Positions 11,106-24,250 of a stretch of 64,000 bases of DNA are shown piece after piece. The stretch covers positions 307,272,001-307,336,000 of the forward strand of contig OZ024742.1 in NCBI GenBank assembly GCA_964016885.1. The letters are read 5' to 3'. The translations under genes were made by a program, and so were the position numbers. Position 1 is the stretch's first letter. Each line of letters starts with the position of its first letter. The notes beneath the pieces are model-generated. The model saw only the letters and a list, made by a program, of their open reading frames with translations, had not been told where the DNA came from and searched no databases. The DNA is from Eledone cirrhosa. Its lineage: Eukaryota.

Positions 11106-11819
11106 ATGCTGTAACTATATGCTTTGTAGCATATAGTTACAGCACTAAACATAACAAGGATTCTGAAGGAATAAGATTAGATGGGCAGTATTCATGATAT
11201 AAAGTCAATTCTGGCATACAATTAGTTGGTGCTTCTCCACCATATGAGAGGTTTATGTTTTGGTATAGGAATTTATTTTTGCCAACACCAACCAGTTAAG
11301 TAATTTACGCTAAGTTGACATAAAAGACCTGCCTTGTATAATCATTGTAACACAAAAAGTAAATGTAATGTATGACTGGAGGCTACAGTGTTGACAATCG
11401 AACACAGATAATATAGGATATGAGAGGATTCTTAAATCTGGATGAGCATGTAACAACTTCACTAGTGCTAGCTAGTGCCATGAAACACACCCACTACACT
11501 CTGTAAAGTGGTAATAATTGTTAAATGACAAAAATGTACCCAGTGCACTCTGTATGGTGGTTGATGTTAAGGAAGGCATACAGCTATACAAATCATCCCA
11601 TATGGAATATAACAAGAACGAGTAAGAGTCAATCTGAACCATCTGATCCTGGACAGTGACAACCTCTCCAGCCCATGCCAGCCTAGAAAACAGATAAAAA
11701 AGGATGATGATGATATCCTAACTAAGATATATGTTGATTAGATAACTCTGATAGAAAGACAATATCTTTTAGTATCAGTAGCTGGCAATCTCTCATTAGA
11801 GCTTTTCAATCCTGCAGTG

Positions 11820-13140
11820 CATCAATGATATCATCAATAATACAACAAAACCAATAATATCAGCAATAATATCACCAGAGATATTTCAAGTGATACCACC
11901 AGTGACACCATCAATTATATTACCACTGAAATCATCAATAATATCATGAATAACATCAAGAATGTTATCATTAGTAACATCACCAATAATATCACAAGTG
12001 ATATCACCATTGATATCAAAAGCACCCAGTCAACACTGTAAAGTGGTTGTTATGGCAACATGACAAAAAGTGCCCAGCCCACACTATAAAGTGGTCATGG
12101 CAAAAGTCACCCAGCCCACACAATAAAGTGGTCATGGCGGTATCATGGCAAAATCACCCAGTCCACACTGTAAAGTAGTCATGTAGGTATCATGGCAAAA
12201 ATCACCCAGTCCACACTGTAAAGTGGTTGTGTAGGTATCACGATAAAAAGTACCCAGTACTCACTGTAAATGAGGGTGTCGCTAGGAAGGGCATCCAGCC
12301 GTAGAAATCAAGCTAAAATCAGTTCTGTATGAGCATGACATGGTCACCTGATCTAGCATTGCTCACATGATAACTTGTCTAACCCATGCCAACATGGAAA
12401 CATTGATGTTAAACAGTCATGATGATCATCATCACCATATATACCACTAGTTAAATCACAAAGGATATCATCAAATATATCACCAATAATATCACAAATG
12501 ATATCACCAATAATATCAATAATATCACTAATAATATAACCAGTGATATCATCAATAATATCACTAATGACATCACCAATGATATCACCTGTGACATCAT
12601 CAATAATATCATCAATGATATCACCAGTGACATCACTAATAATATTACCAATGATATCACCAGTGACATCACCAATAATATCACCAATGATATCACCAGT
12701 GACATCAATAATATTACCTGTGACATCACCAGTGACATCACCAATAATATCACCAATGATATCACCAGTGACATCACCAATGATATCACCAGTGACATCA
12801 CCAATAATATCACCAGTGACATCACCAATGACATCACCAATAATATCACCAATGATATCACCAGTGACATCACGAATAATATCACCAGTGATATCACCAG
12901 TGATATCACCAGTGATATCACCAGTGACATCACTAATGACATCACCAATGATATCACCTGTGACATCACTAATGATGTCACCAATGATATCACCAGTAAC
13001 ATCATCCATGATATCACTGTGACATCACCAGTGACATCATCAATGGCATCACCAATAGCATCACCAATAATATCACTGCTGAAATAATCGATTTTATCAC
13101 CAGTGATGTCATGAAGAATATCCCTAATGATATCATTGGG
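11820..13140. repeat. 12-bp minisatellite (ATATCACCAGTG/ACATCACCAATG), interrupted by an RTE 3' UTR with about 35-45-bp internal tandem amplification (12020-12270)
   Basis: Direct reading; source of the spurious GDII/SLVI/ISPV ORFs. Confidence 0.9.
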
Positions 13141-13229
13141 GATATCGCCAATGCTTTTTTCATGGTAGAGGGACAATATTACTTTAAAATTTTGTGTTGA
13201 TTTAATTTTATGTCATTATTGTTGGTATA

Positions 13230-14760
13230 ATGTCTGTTGTAGTGGTGAGGGGTGTTGCTATAGTAGCAATGGTACTACTTGTGTTAATAATGGTATTGGT
13301 TGTGGTGACACTGGTGGTATTGATTTTAATAGCATCGGTTGTAGTGGTTGTGTTGGCTGTGGTGGTATTGGTTGAGGTGGCAGTTGATGGTATAGGTAGT
13401 GGCAAGAGTGGTGATATTGGTTGCAGTGGCAATGGTGGTATTGGTTGTGGTGGTAGTGGTGGTATTGGTTGTGGTGGAAGTAGTGGTATTGGTTGTGGTG
13501 GTAGTGGTAATATTGGTTGCAGTAGCAGTAGTGGTTGTGGTGGTAGTGGTGATATTGGTTGTGGTGGTATTGGTTGTGGTGGTAGTGGTGATATTAGTAG
13601 TGGTGGCAGTGTTGGTATTGGTTGTGGTGGTAGTGGTGATATTGGTTGCAGTGGTAGTAGTGGTTGTGGTGGTAGTGGTGGTATTGGTTGTGGTGGTATT
13701 GGTTGTGGTGGCAGTGGTGATATTAGTTGCAGTGGTGGTATTGTTTGTGGTGGTAGTGGTGGTATTGGTTGTGGTGGTATTGGTTGTGGTCGTAGTGGTG
13801 GTATTGGTTGTAGTGGTAGTAGTGATATTGGTTGTGGTGGTAGTGGTGATATTGGTTGCAGTGGTGGTATTGTTTGTGGTGGTAGTAGTGATATTGGTTG
13901 TGGTGGTAGTGGTGGTGTAGGTTGTAGTGGTAGTAATGATATTGGTTGCAGTGGTGGTATTGGTTGCAGTGATGGTATTGGTTGTGGTAGCAGTGGTGGT
14001 TTTGGTTGTGGTAGCAATGGTGATATCGGTTGTGTAGCAGTAGTGGTATTGGTGGTGGTAGCAGTGGTGGTGTAGGTTGTGGTAGCAGTGATGGTGGTAG
14101 CAGTGGTGGTGTAGGTTGTGGTGGTAGTAGTGATGTTGGTTGTGGCGAGAGTGGTGATATTGATTGCAGTGGAAGTAGTGGTATTAGTTGTGGTGGGAGT
14201 AGTGGTATTGGTTGTGGTGACAGTGGTGGTATTGGTTGTGGTGGGAGTAGTGGTGGTGGCAGCACTGGTAGTGTTGTGGTGGCAATGGTTATGGTGGCAG
14301 TGGTGGTATTGGTTGCAGTGGGAGTGGTGATGGTGGTATTGGTGGTGGTGGCAGTGGTGGGAGTGGTGGTGGTGGAAGTTGGTGGTATTGGTTATGGTGG
14401 TAGTAGTGGTATTGGTTGTGGTGGTAGTGGTGATATTGGTTGCAGTGGGAGTAGTGGTTGTGGTAGCAGTGGTGGTATTTGTGGTGGTGGTTGTAGTGGT
14501 GGTTTGTTTGTGGTGGTAGTGGTGGTGGTGGCAGTGGTGGTATGGATTGTGGTGGGAGTGGTGGTGGTGGCAGTGGTGGGAGTAGTGGTTGTGGCAGTGC
14601 TGGTATTGACTGTGGTGGGGGTAGTGGTGGTGGCAGTGGTGGTTTTCACTGTGGTGGGGGTAGTGGTGGTATTTATTGTGGTGGGGGTAGTGGTGGTATT
14701 GGTTGTGGTAGCATTTGTAGTATTGGTTCTGGCAATGGTGGTGTTGTGAATGGTGCTGAG
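13230..14760. repeat. GGT/AGT/TGT triplet-derived low-complexity satellite (GGTATTGGTTGTGGTGGTAGT-like units)
   Basis: Direct reading. Confidence 0.9.
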
Positions 14761-15089
14761 TGAACTGGAGCAATGTGAAAATAAGTGTTTTGCTCAAGGA
14801 CACAACGCAAAGCCCGGTCCGAAAATCGAACTCACAACCTCACGATTCTAAGCCCAACCCCTACCCACTAAGCCATGCACCTTAACATATATACATATAT
14901 ACATGATTTTGAATATCTCTGTCTTTTTATATATGTGTGTGTGTGATATGTGAGTCCTGGGTTCAATCGGGAGTAACCACTGTAAGTAAGGTACTCAATA
15001 CATTGAATGAAGTTTGGTATTGAGTGTGTGTCTGTGAAACATACATATACACCAGATCTGAACACAAAGGAATCAAACTCCCACTGTCA

Positions 15090-15720
15090 CTGACTCCATC
15101 TTACCGGCTTTCCCCAACTCTCATTATTATGAGCAAATGGAGGTTCACGTGCTGGCCGCCCATGTGGCTTCATCATACAAAATAGAGAAGGCGTTTTCCC
15201 AGATGATGGTGAGGGAGACGTGTTGGAAGAGCCATTCCAGTTCTCGGGGCTCACACCTGCGGGAAGCCAACTCTGTGCTGATGGTGGTGAGTAGGTCAGT
15301 GGCACTAGGGCCAAGGACACAAGAAGTCTCCACTGATATGGGCTTCATGGCAAACCTGTCATAGACCGACTGGTATTTGGAGAGTTTACCCTCCTTGGCT
15401 CATAGTGCAGCAGAGCCTAGGTTAGTTGCAGACTTCAATAGGTTGCTGCTGGAGAATGTGTCACTGTATGTAGCATCACAGATGAGGGGTTTACCACTGT
15501 GGAACGGGAAGATAGTCATGCTGTCTGGCCTTTTGCCATCTCCTTGGTCAAGCCCCACCCTCTTGAGCTGCGAGGGGAAGCCTGCAGCATCCAAGCCATG
15601 CTTTATGATCTCGTTGAGAGCAGCATGGCATGGAAGCTGGGTGGTACTGTAGCGGCAGGACAGCAGCTGGAAGCTGAAAGAGTCTACTTGGATCCACAAC
15701 AACATTTGTCTGGCTCGCAG
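15090..15720 (-). mobile_element. Remnant of an RLE-type (CRE-like) non-LTR retrotransposon C-terminus
   Basis: HAALNEIIK...GDGKRPDSMT...GKPLICDATYSDT (PD..D nuclease), PISVET, WLFQHVSLTI. Confidence 0.75.
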
Positions 15721-15869
15721 ATCCAGAGGCTGAGTCTCAGGGAAACGAAGATTCGCATGAATTACTATAAGATAGTCAGTGGTTTAATACAACTGTAGAC
15801 TTTGGTGTAGGGATGGACAACACACCACACAGCAAAAACACACATATGCATATATATACACAAAAGGTT

Positions 15870-16680
15870 TCTCTCTAAAAATGAAAGGCAGAATGTTACA
15901 TGGCAGTGAGTCATGGGCTTTGTGTGTAGAGGATCTGCGCAGACTGGAGAGGAACGAAGCATCCATGCTCCGTTGGATGTGTAATAGTAATATACGTGAA
16001 CGGCAAAGCATAAATGAACTAAGTGAGAAATTAGGAATAAGAGGGATCAGATGCTGTTTACTCGAGAGAAGACTACGTTGGTATGGTCACGTGATGCGCA
16101 TGAAAGACGACAGCTGTATAAAAAAAGTGCAGGACGATCAAAATTGATGGACGTTATGGAGTAGGCAGACCCAGAAAAACCTGGGACGATTTGATAAATT
16201 CCGACCTTACACACTTACACCTCTCTAAGACAATGTCACTGGACCGAGATCTTTGGTGCTACGCAGTAATACAGAAGACCCACCTTGCCTATGTACAAAG
16301 CGAAACCTAGTCAGAAGGCACCTCTTAACCAAATATATACCCCCGTCCCACTAACCTTACTCCCACCAACACCACCCATTTCTCTGTAAAGTTATGTTGG
16401 TACGACAACATCCAGTCCAAGGATGTAGGTGTCACAACAAAAAAAACACACAGTCCATGCTGTAATGTGGCCGTGTAGGTAACACGGTAAAAACCTCCCA
16501 GCCTACACTGCAAACGTGGTTGGTGTTAGGAAGGGCATCCAGCCATAGAAAACCTGCCAGACAGTCCTATACGAGCGAAACATGGTCACCCGACCATTCT
16601 TACCTCAAGTAGGACAACTCCCGTCTAAACTCATGCTAGCGTGGAAGATAGACGTTAAACGATGATGATGATGATGAAAC
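15870..16680 (+). mobile_element. RTE-clade LINE 3' end: ORF C-terminus, 3' UTR and (TGA)n tail
   Basis: MLHGSESW...EASMLRWMC...RRLRWYGHVMRM, GRPRKTW; tail GACGTTAAACGATGATGATG. Confidence 0.85.
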
Positions 16681-16844
16681 AGACACACGCAGACAGATCA
16701 TCTAAAAAAGAACAAAAAACCTACATATACACATACACACAAACTAAAACAATAAAAAGGTATCCACATACACACACAAAACCAATTACAAAATAGAAAT
16801 GATCCTCAAAAAAAAAGAAATGCTCAGAGCACCACCACCATCAC

Positions 16845-16905
<61 letters not shown>

Positions 16906-17939
16906 AGCATCAGCATCAGCTCTATGTAATAGTATTTAGTTATTCTTTACATTCTATGTTTAGATCTCTTTGATGTTGATTCTTAACTTTCACCACTCAA
17001 GTGTGTATATGTAAACACCAGAAATATACATCATAATTGTTTCTACTTTAGGCACAAGGCCACCAATTATCCCACTGTATTACTGGTACTTTATTTTATC
17101 GACCCCGTAAGGATGAAAGGCAAAGTTAAACTCGGCGGGATTATACATCATAATAGTCAGTGAGTTTGTTGTTTATTTTTAGCTAAAGATTGATGTTTAA
17201 TATCTCATCCTCCTCATCCTCATCATCCTTTTAACGTCTGCTTCCCCTGCTAGTTGGATGGGTCTACATAGAGAAAATCAGTACTGAAGTGGTGGCTACT
17301 GATCTCCCAGACAAACCAGGGATCTGTTGTTTTGCTTATGTATGGTCTCACATTCTACCGAGTGTACATGGGGAGTATATCATTTCTTTGACATGACTGA
17401 AGAGTCCTCTGGACCCTCTGCTTGGCAATGCTTTCTATGGCTGGATGCCCTTCCTATCACCAACCAGTTTCCAGCATGTGTTGGGTGCGATTATAGTGTA
17501 GATCCTCAAACACTGGAGAGGCTGTCATGCCTTGACACAAAATGATTAGAAGCCCATATAATGCATATAAAGAGTTAAAATGTACCGTTTTATTAAAAGT
17601 TTTCAGTCTTAACAGACTTCCATAAAAAAATTGCTACAAGATTTTTTTTTTTCCCTTTGTTTTCATGCCAGGAAATTTTTGGTGTTGGTTAACAGTCAGA
17701 TTTGAAGTTTGAAAATATATAAGCTTTAGTTGTTGTCATCCGAAAAGCTGTTAGAAGATGAAGGAACAGACTATAGATGTTAGTGTATAGGTATCATTGT
17801 TTTTATGTCCACTTTTCCATGCTGGCATGAGCTGGAGAAGATGTTTTGAGAGACATTTTTACAGTTGGATGTCCTTCCTGATACCAACAATCTAATTGCT
17901 TATTCCTTCTTTATATAAATAATATCTTGCTAGCAGGAC

Positions 17940-19720
17940 ACACTGGAAGGAATGTTTGAGGACTCTTCGCCCACAACCCTCTCGGGAATGAGTGGGCAAA
18001 GAAGTAAAAGAAGAAGAATGAAAAGCCAACATACGCAAAAATAAATTCTCAGAGATAGAAAATTTCTTGAGATGAAAAACAAAGATCTCAAAGCACTTAA
18101 ATACACAATTAAAAGACTCATTTAAAAAGGGCAATCAAATAAAAAGGAAAGAACAGGAAAAGAAATGATAAATATAGAAAATATAAACATGAAGCCGAAA
18201 ACTTTCTATAAATTTGTAAAAGAATTGGGTTCAATATACCACAAGATAAGGTCACTGTTCCAAGAAAATACCCTTTGGGGCCCTGTAGTCAGTAAGCTAA
18301 GTGAAATACTGAATGATCAGTTCAAAAGTGTTTTCACTTCCCTGATAGGATGCATTCAAATAAACAAGTAACATGAATTATTTCATACTAGAGCCTTACA
18401 TAGGAATGCAGCAACCACCAACTACACCGGCATAAATGAGAAAAGAATAATATCAGCCATTCATGAAATAAGCATGAACTCAACATCAGTGTCTTGTAGA
18501 TTCCCAGCATTTTTTCTAAAAGTATGTAAAGAGACTCTACAGATACTTTTCAAAGTTTCCTTGAATGTGGTAAATTTCTGAAAAAGTTAAAGGAAGCTAT
18601 ATGTCCTATCTATAAAGAGGGTAGCAGAGCAAATGCAAAACATTACATGTCTATATATCTGACCTTGCATATCAGCAAATTTATGGAAAAAAAACTGATC
18701 ATGTTACAAGAAGAAAATGATCTACTAACTAAGGCTTAGTATGACTTTTGTCGAGGAAAATGCTGCCCCACACAGTTTCAACAGAATTAAAATTGCGTGC
18801 TAAAAGAGTTGTTTATACACTGAAAAGTTAGATATGGTACATTTCAACTTTGTGAAGATTTACGACAAAGTTCATTGTGGAATAATATGCTATAATCTGC
18901 ACGATCTTGGCACAGTTGGAAAACCCCAAACCAGGACTTGGCTAACTGCTTCCTTTTCATTAGATCTCTGGTATCCTCAATTACAGGACAGCTGTTTTTC
19001 TCCTCAAAATTTGGAGGAGTGTATATCACCTGAAAAAGGAGCCTTGTAAGGTGGAATGGCTCATACAGCAGGTGTAGTTGGCTGTTCTTTGTGGTGATGC
19101 TTCTTGTCCATGAGGGGAAGCTGAGATATATCACCCTACCAACTGTTCAGAGTTCGTCCTCCTCTCCTTCTCCCCCCTTTTCAATTAATCAATTATTTCT
19201 CCCCTGCTCTTTCACCCTGCTCTTTCACCCTCCTTTTTGTCTTTTCTTGTTTATTATTTGAGGTTAACTTTGCCTTTCATCCTTACGGGGTCGATAAAAT
19301 AAAGTACCAGTAATACACTGGGATAATTGCTTGCCTTGTGCCAGAAGTAGAAACAATTATTTTAATGCTTTAAAAAATAATTTTCAACATTGCATACTTC
19401 TGTTCACAAATTGTAGGTTGGAAAACTAGGGGAGATAACTATAGGACTTCTGAATAAAGAAGACAACTGTTGCAGCAAATAGAGACTTCTCGGTGAAAGC
19501 AGAAATAGTAGGAAGAGTTCCTCAGGGGACTCTCTTGAGACCATTTCTGTGTGTAATGGAACTCTCACACACACCTTTAGTTCTACAGAAAGACATTCTC
19601 ACTAGTTGTGTTGATCATATGAATGGATCACAAGCAATGAAGAATTCTGATGATGCCACATATCTACAGTAACATCTGAATGGAAAATACAAGTGGTTTG
19701 AAGACAGTAACATGAAATTT
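17940..19720 (+). mobile_element. Heavily decayed CR1/Jockey-group LINE, interrupted by a plus-strand MetaSINE-like copy at about 19260-19360
   Basis: PKTFYKFV...SEILNDQFKSVFT, PIYKEG, FVKIYDKVHCG, RVPQGTLL remnants. Confidence 0.6.
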
Positions 19721-19743
19721 AATACTCTCTCTCTCTCTCTCTC

Positions 19744-19868
<125 letters not shown>

Positions 19869-21189
19869 TAATTACACACACTCACACTATAATACATTAC
19901 TTTTATCTGTATTATATAACTAACATGTATGAATAGTATTTGCAGAATGCATTTAGTATTTTACTATTGCTTCAGTAAATTTAAAGTTTCATGGGAGATA
20001 ACTCTTCCATGCAATACCAAAAGATTTCCCATCCAAATTTATATGAATAAAAATGGCTAGTTTTATTAACCGAATATATTTGCCGTAAATCACTTTAACT
20101 ATTCTAATTATCCTAACTTTACTGCAGTAACAATAATTAGGAGAAAGTTCCGAACTACCATTACTAATATTATTAGGTGATATCGCAATTGATGTAATAG
20201 TAAATATGCAATTAAACTTATTGAATAAAGAGCTTATTTCACTAATGTAACAACGCATACCACCAAGACACGTTACCAAGACACATTACACACACATACC
20301 ACACAAACATACACACACACTAGCATCACAAATATTGTACATAAACACACGTATAACGCACAAACACTCACGGCCATCACGTAAATACTATGTATAAACA
20401 CATACACATACATACACGCTCACAACACATTAACACCACATAAATACTCCACACAAACACACTCCATAAGCACGCACATAGATACTACACAAACACTTGC
20501 TCACAGCATATATATACACGCATATACGTATTACACATATACTCTTTATACAAATACACACTACATAAACACACATTCCAAACAACCACACACATACGTA
20601 AATGCATACACACATACATCACACCACATCACGTCATATTAAACAAACACACATACACCATACCACATCACGTCACATTACACAAACATACACACACATA
20701 TATGATATCACACAAACGCACACATGGAATTAATAATTAGATATAACAGCAACATGAACAACAAAAACATCAGCTACGAGTCAATGAGTGTGATGCTTCA
20801 TAGTTCTTCGCCTGCTAGAAATAGCAGTCGAGTCTCTCTCAAACCATAAATGTGTTTCTTAAAATTAGTCACATTGGATAACGTAGTCCGAGGTATACTA
20901 CGCTAGGTATAAAAGATACGGAGTGGTCATGGATATGAGGAATACTTTGGCCAATTAGAACTTACCATATTTCTAATGAAATACACTATTTAATTGTTTC
21001 AATTAATTTGGAAAAAATAATTAAAAAAATTTGGATAAATTCAATAAAATAACACGTTAGCAAAGACTTAATATATAGAAAGCCCTTGTTTTACAGTTGA
21101 CCGACTCAGCATCGTTGCCCAAATTATGTAGGCCCGGACGGAGTAAGGAAGTGTTCTCTGGTGTAAAGGAGCCCATATGTATACCGCCA

Positions 21190-21283
21190 CCTGATCCCAG
21201 CGGACAGAATGGAGAAAACGTTGACCCAGAGGATGGCGAGGGGAAACGCGTTGGAATAGCCATTCCAACTCGTGTGGCTCACT
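21190..21283 (-). mobile_element. Second CRE-like C-terminal remnant
   Basis: Homologous to 15175-15260 (EWLFQRVS); continues after the MITE at 21533. Confidence 0.55.
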
Positions 21284-21532
21284 CAGGGCCGGACTTAATG
21301 GGCCCCACCAGTGACGGCCGGAGCAATTTATTTGTGCCCTCAGCTGGGCTTTTTAGTTTTAGGATGCTTAGAATTGTTGTATTTAATACCTGTATGTATA
21401 ACTTTTCAATTCCAATTACTTGCGCCAAACTACCGTTAATATGTAAAATTAGGGGGAGAGGAGGTGCTGTGTATGAGGGGCATCCCAAGCCTGATGTGCT
21501 ATGGGCCCCACCCAAGTCTAAATCCAGCCCTT
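21284..21532. mobile_element. hAT-type MITE
   Basis: TIRs CAGGGCCGGACTTA / TAAATCCAGCCCTT; degenerate 8-bp TSD GGCTCACT / GGTTCGCT. Confidence 0.6.
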
Positions 21533-21839
21533 GGTTCGCTCCTGCGTGTATCCAACTAATATTTCATCAGTAAGTTGATGGTTAGAACTATTATGTAACA
21601 CAAATATTCGAATATAAAATTATGATGGAGGGTGTTAATTTAAGGATATACATTTTAAAAGAGTTGTTGTTTTATATCATAAATCCAGAGCGGTTTTGGG
21701 TAGGTTAGTACCACAATGGGTGAACAACAACAACAACAACAGCAGCAGCAGCACACAGAAATGCTTAAAAAAAAAGACATCTTATAAAAACATAAATGCT
21801 TTGTATTAATCCCACTGAAGCTCATTGATTTCGGTGAAG

Positions 21840-22315
21840 GAATGGACCTCCGTCGGTTTCGAGGTTGAGTTTTACCATTGTTTGATCAACGGAACAACTT
21901 ATTCATGAAATTAACGCGTACGTGGCTGAGCATTCCACTTAATGTAATTCTCAGGGAGATTCAATATGACGTGAAACAAGGCTGGTCCTTTCAATTACAT
22001 GCTACATTCCATCTGACGGGTGCCTAAATATATTCCGTCAATCCAATTTCACTCACAATGCATGGTTCGACTAGAGGCTAAGGTAATTTACACCTACCTA
22101 AGATACTACGAAGTGAGTGGAATCAAAAAGGAACGGTTTAGAAAATCGCTTCTGTATTTGTAAAGGGCCAGCCTTGTCACAAACGGTCAATGAATCTAAC
22201 TGAGAATTACGTTAAGGTTACACATGCAACTTATGCGTAAATTTCATGAGCTGGCTTGTACTATTGATAAAAAAAACTGGAGCATTCATCGTCGAAACTG
22301 TTGGAGATCTATCGA
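21840..22315. mobile_element. Two oppositely oriented, diverged copies of a second SINE family (also 8100-8300, 27630-27745 plus 28480-28710, 28830-29060, 54625-54950, 62370-62560, 63100-63440)
   Basis: Shared motifs CATGAAATTAACGTG, GGCTGAGCA(C/T)TCCAC, GACAAGGCTGGCCCTTT; tRNA-like heads in some copies. Confidence 0.55.
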
Positions 22316-22778
22316 TGATATGACTTGAACGTTTATCAGTTAAAAGTCCTATGGCGAGTGGTGACGTGTGCAGACCTAATCAGTTAGAAGCACACAATTA
22401 CAAATCTGCACATAGGCGGCAGGAGTCTTATCTTAATATCGTTGTTGTGAGTTCCTGTGACCGGGACTAACTTCGATGGAGGCATTCGTGTCTGAGCAGC
22501 CCTGTTAAAGAGAACATTGCTCCCCCAGGGTGTTGGAAAGATGCTACAAGAAAAGATGCACTAATCATTGTCTGTCGCATCAACACTGGTTAGTTCCCTG
22601 AGGCTAACGGTGTTTCATTTTAGGTGGAGCATAAAAGATGATAGATTTGCCAAATTAATTGCAAAAGAGCGAGTTAAGCTCAACCTTTATTGTTGGAATG
22701 TTTGAACAATTCTGGACCAGAATTCATCAAACCGACAAGAAAGAAGAACTGCACTGGCAACTAAGGAACCTCATAGAC

Positions 22779-22833
<55 letters not shown>

Positions 22834-22837
<4 letters not shown>

Positions 22838-24218
22838 AAATACGTCCCTCATCAGTGATTTGCCGAAGATCATAGATATTTCATTGCATTAAAAATCATA
22901 TATCTCACTTCGGTACGATAATAACCAAAATAAGTTATTAGGACAATTAAAACGCGTAAAGCGAGTGAGACAGGAGAACAACAGAAAAGATAGTATAACG
23001 TTGGAGAGAAACAAGCTTCAAAAATTATTCTGTTAGCGTAAGCTAGGTGAATATATGAGCGCTAGGGAAAGAATAGTCCAGCACGAACGAAGGCCATTGA
23101 GCAGAGAGATCATATAGATTTTTAATGCAATGAAATATCTATGATCTTCGGCAAATCACTGATGAGGGACGTATTTTATTACATGTTACCATGTGCTACC
23201 TGCAGTATTTTTCTCTATATTTTAATACATATATTTACCACTGCGATTCTGTGTTTTTTTCTCTCTCTCTTACTGTTCCCCCATTCTCTCTGTTTCTCCC
23301 CCTCTGTCTTGTCCGTTAACTCTTCCTCACACTTTCACTCACTCACTGTTTTTCTCCCTCTTCTCTTCATTTCATCCTGCACTCACGGACGCTATTTTTT
23401 CTCTCTCTGCTCAATGGCCTTCGTTCGTGCTGGACTATTCTTTCCCTAGCGCTCATATATTCACCTAGCTTACGCTAACAGAATAATTTTTGAAGCTTGT
23501 TTCTCTCCCACGGTATGCTATCTTTTCTGTTGTTCTCCTGTCTCACTCGCTTTACGCGTTTTAATTGTCCTAATAACTTATTTTGGTTATTATTGCACCG
23601 AAGTGAGATATATGATTTTTAATGCAATGAAATATCTATGATCTTCGGCAAATCACTGATGAGGGACGTATTTTATTACATGTTACCATGTGCTACCTGC
23701 AGTATTTTTCTCTATATTTTAATACATATATTTACCACTGCGATTCTGTGTTTTTTTCTCTCTCTCTTACTGTTCCCCCATTCTCTCTGTTTCTCCCCCT
23801 CTGTCTTGTCCGTTAACTCTTCCTCACACTTTCACTCACTCACTGTTTTTCTCCCTCTTCTCTTCATTTCATCCTGCACTCACGGACGTTATTTTTTCTC
23901 TCTCTGCTCAATGGCCTTCGTTCGTGCTGGACTATTCTTTCCCTAGCGCTCATATATTCACCTAGCTTACGCTAACAGAATAATTTTTGAAGCTTGTTTC
24001 TCTCCCACGGTATGCTATCTTTTCTGTTGTTCTCCTGTCTCACTCGCTTTACGCGTTTTAATTGTCCTAATAACTTATTTTGGTTATTATTGCACCGAAG
24101 TGAGATATATGATTTTTAATGCAATGAAATATCTATGATCTTCGGCAAATCACTGATGAGGGACGTATTTTATTACATGTTACCATGTGCTACCTGCAGT
24201 ATTTTTCTCTATATTTTA

Positions 24219-24225
<7 letters not shown>
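22834..24225 (+). mobile_element. 497-bp tandem non-coding element (family F): inverted partial copy 22834-23108, then about 2.2 tandem units, flanked by (TA)n
   Basis: Identical 102-aa pseudo-ORFs 497 bp apart (23141 and 23638); third start at about 24135; left block is the reverse complement of about 23400-23677. Confidence 0.85.
23124..23175 (+). ncRNA. Candidate permuted (type II-like) hammerhead in each family F unit (also 23629-23662, 24126-24159; minus 22849-22882)
   Basis: GAAA-TATC-TA-TGAT-CTTCGG-CAA-ATCA-CTGATGA-GGG; stem I capped by a cUUCGg tetraloop; stem II pairing weak. Confidence 0.45.

Positions 24226-24250
<25 letters not shown>

Noticed and set aside
12353-14803. Long GDII-repeat, Gly/Cys-rich and His/Thr/Pro-rich ORFs resembling structural proteins
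   Set aside because: Open in several frames on both strands because the repeats lack stop codons; no splice or signal context
22340-22630. HDV-like ribozyme in the RTE 5' UTR
   Set aside because: Position is plausible, but I could not build the nested double pseudoknot by eye
23141-23946. Duplicated hydrophobic 102-aa ORF
   Set aside because: Product of a pyrimidine-rich tandem unit; no recognisable domain
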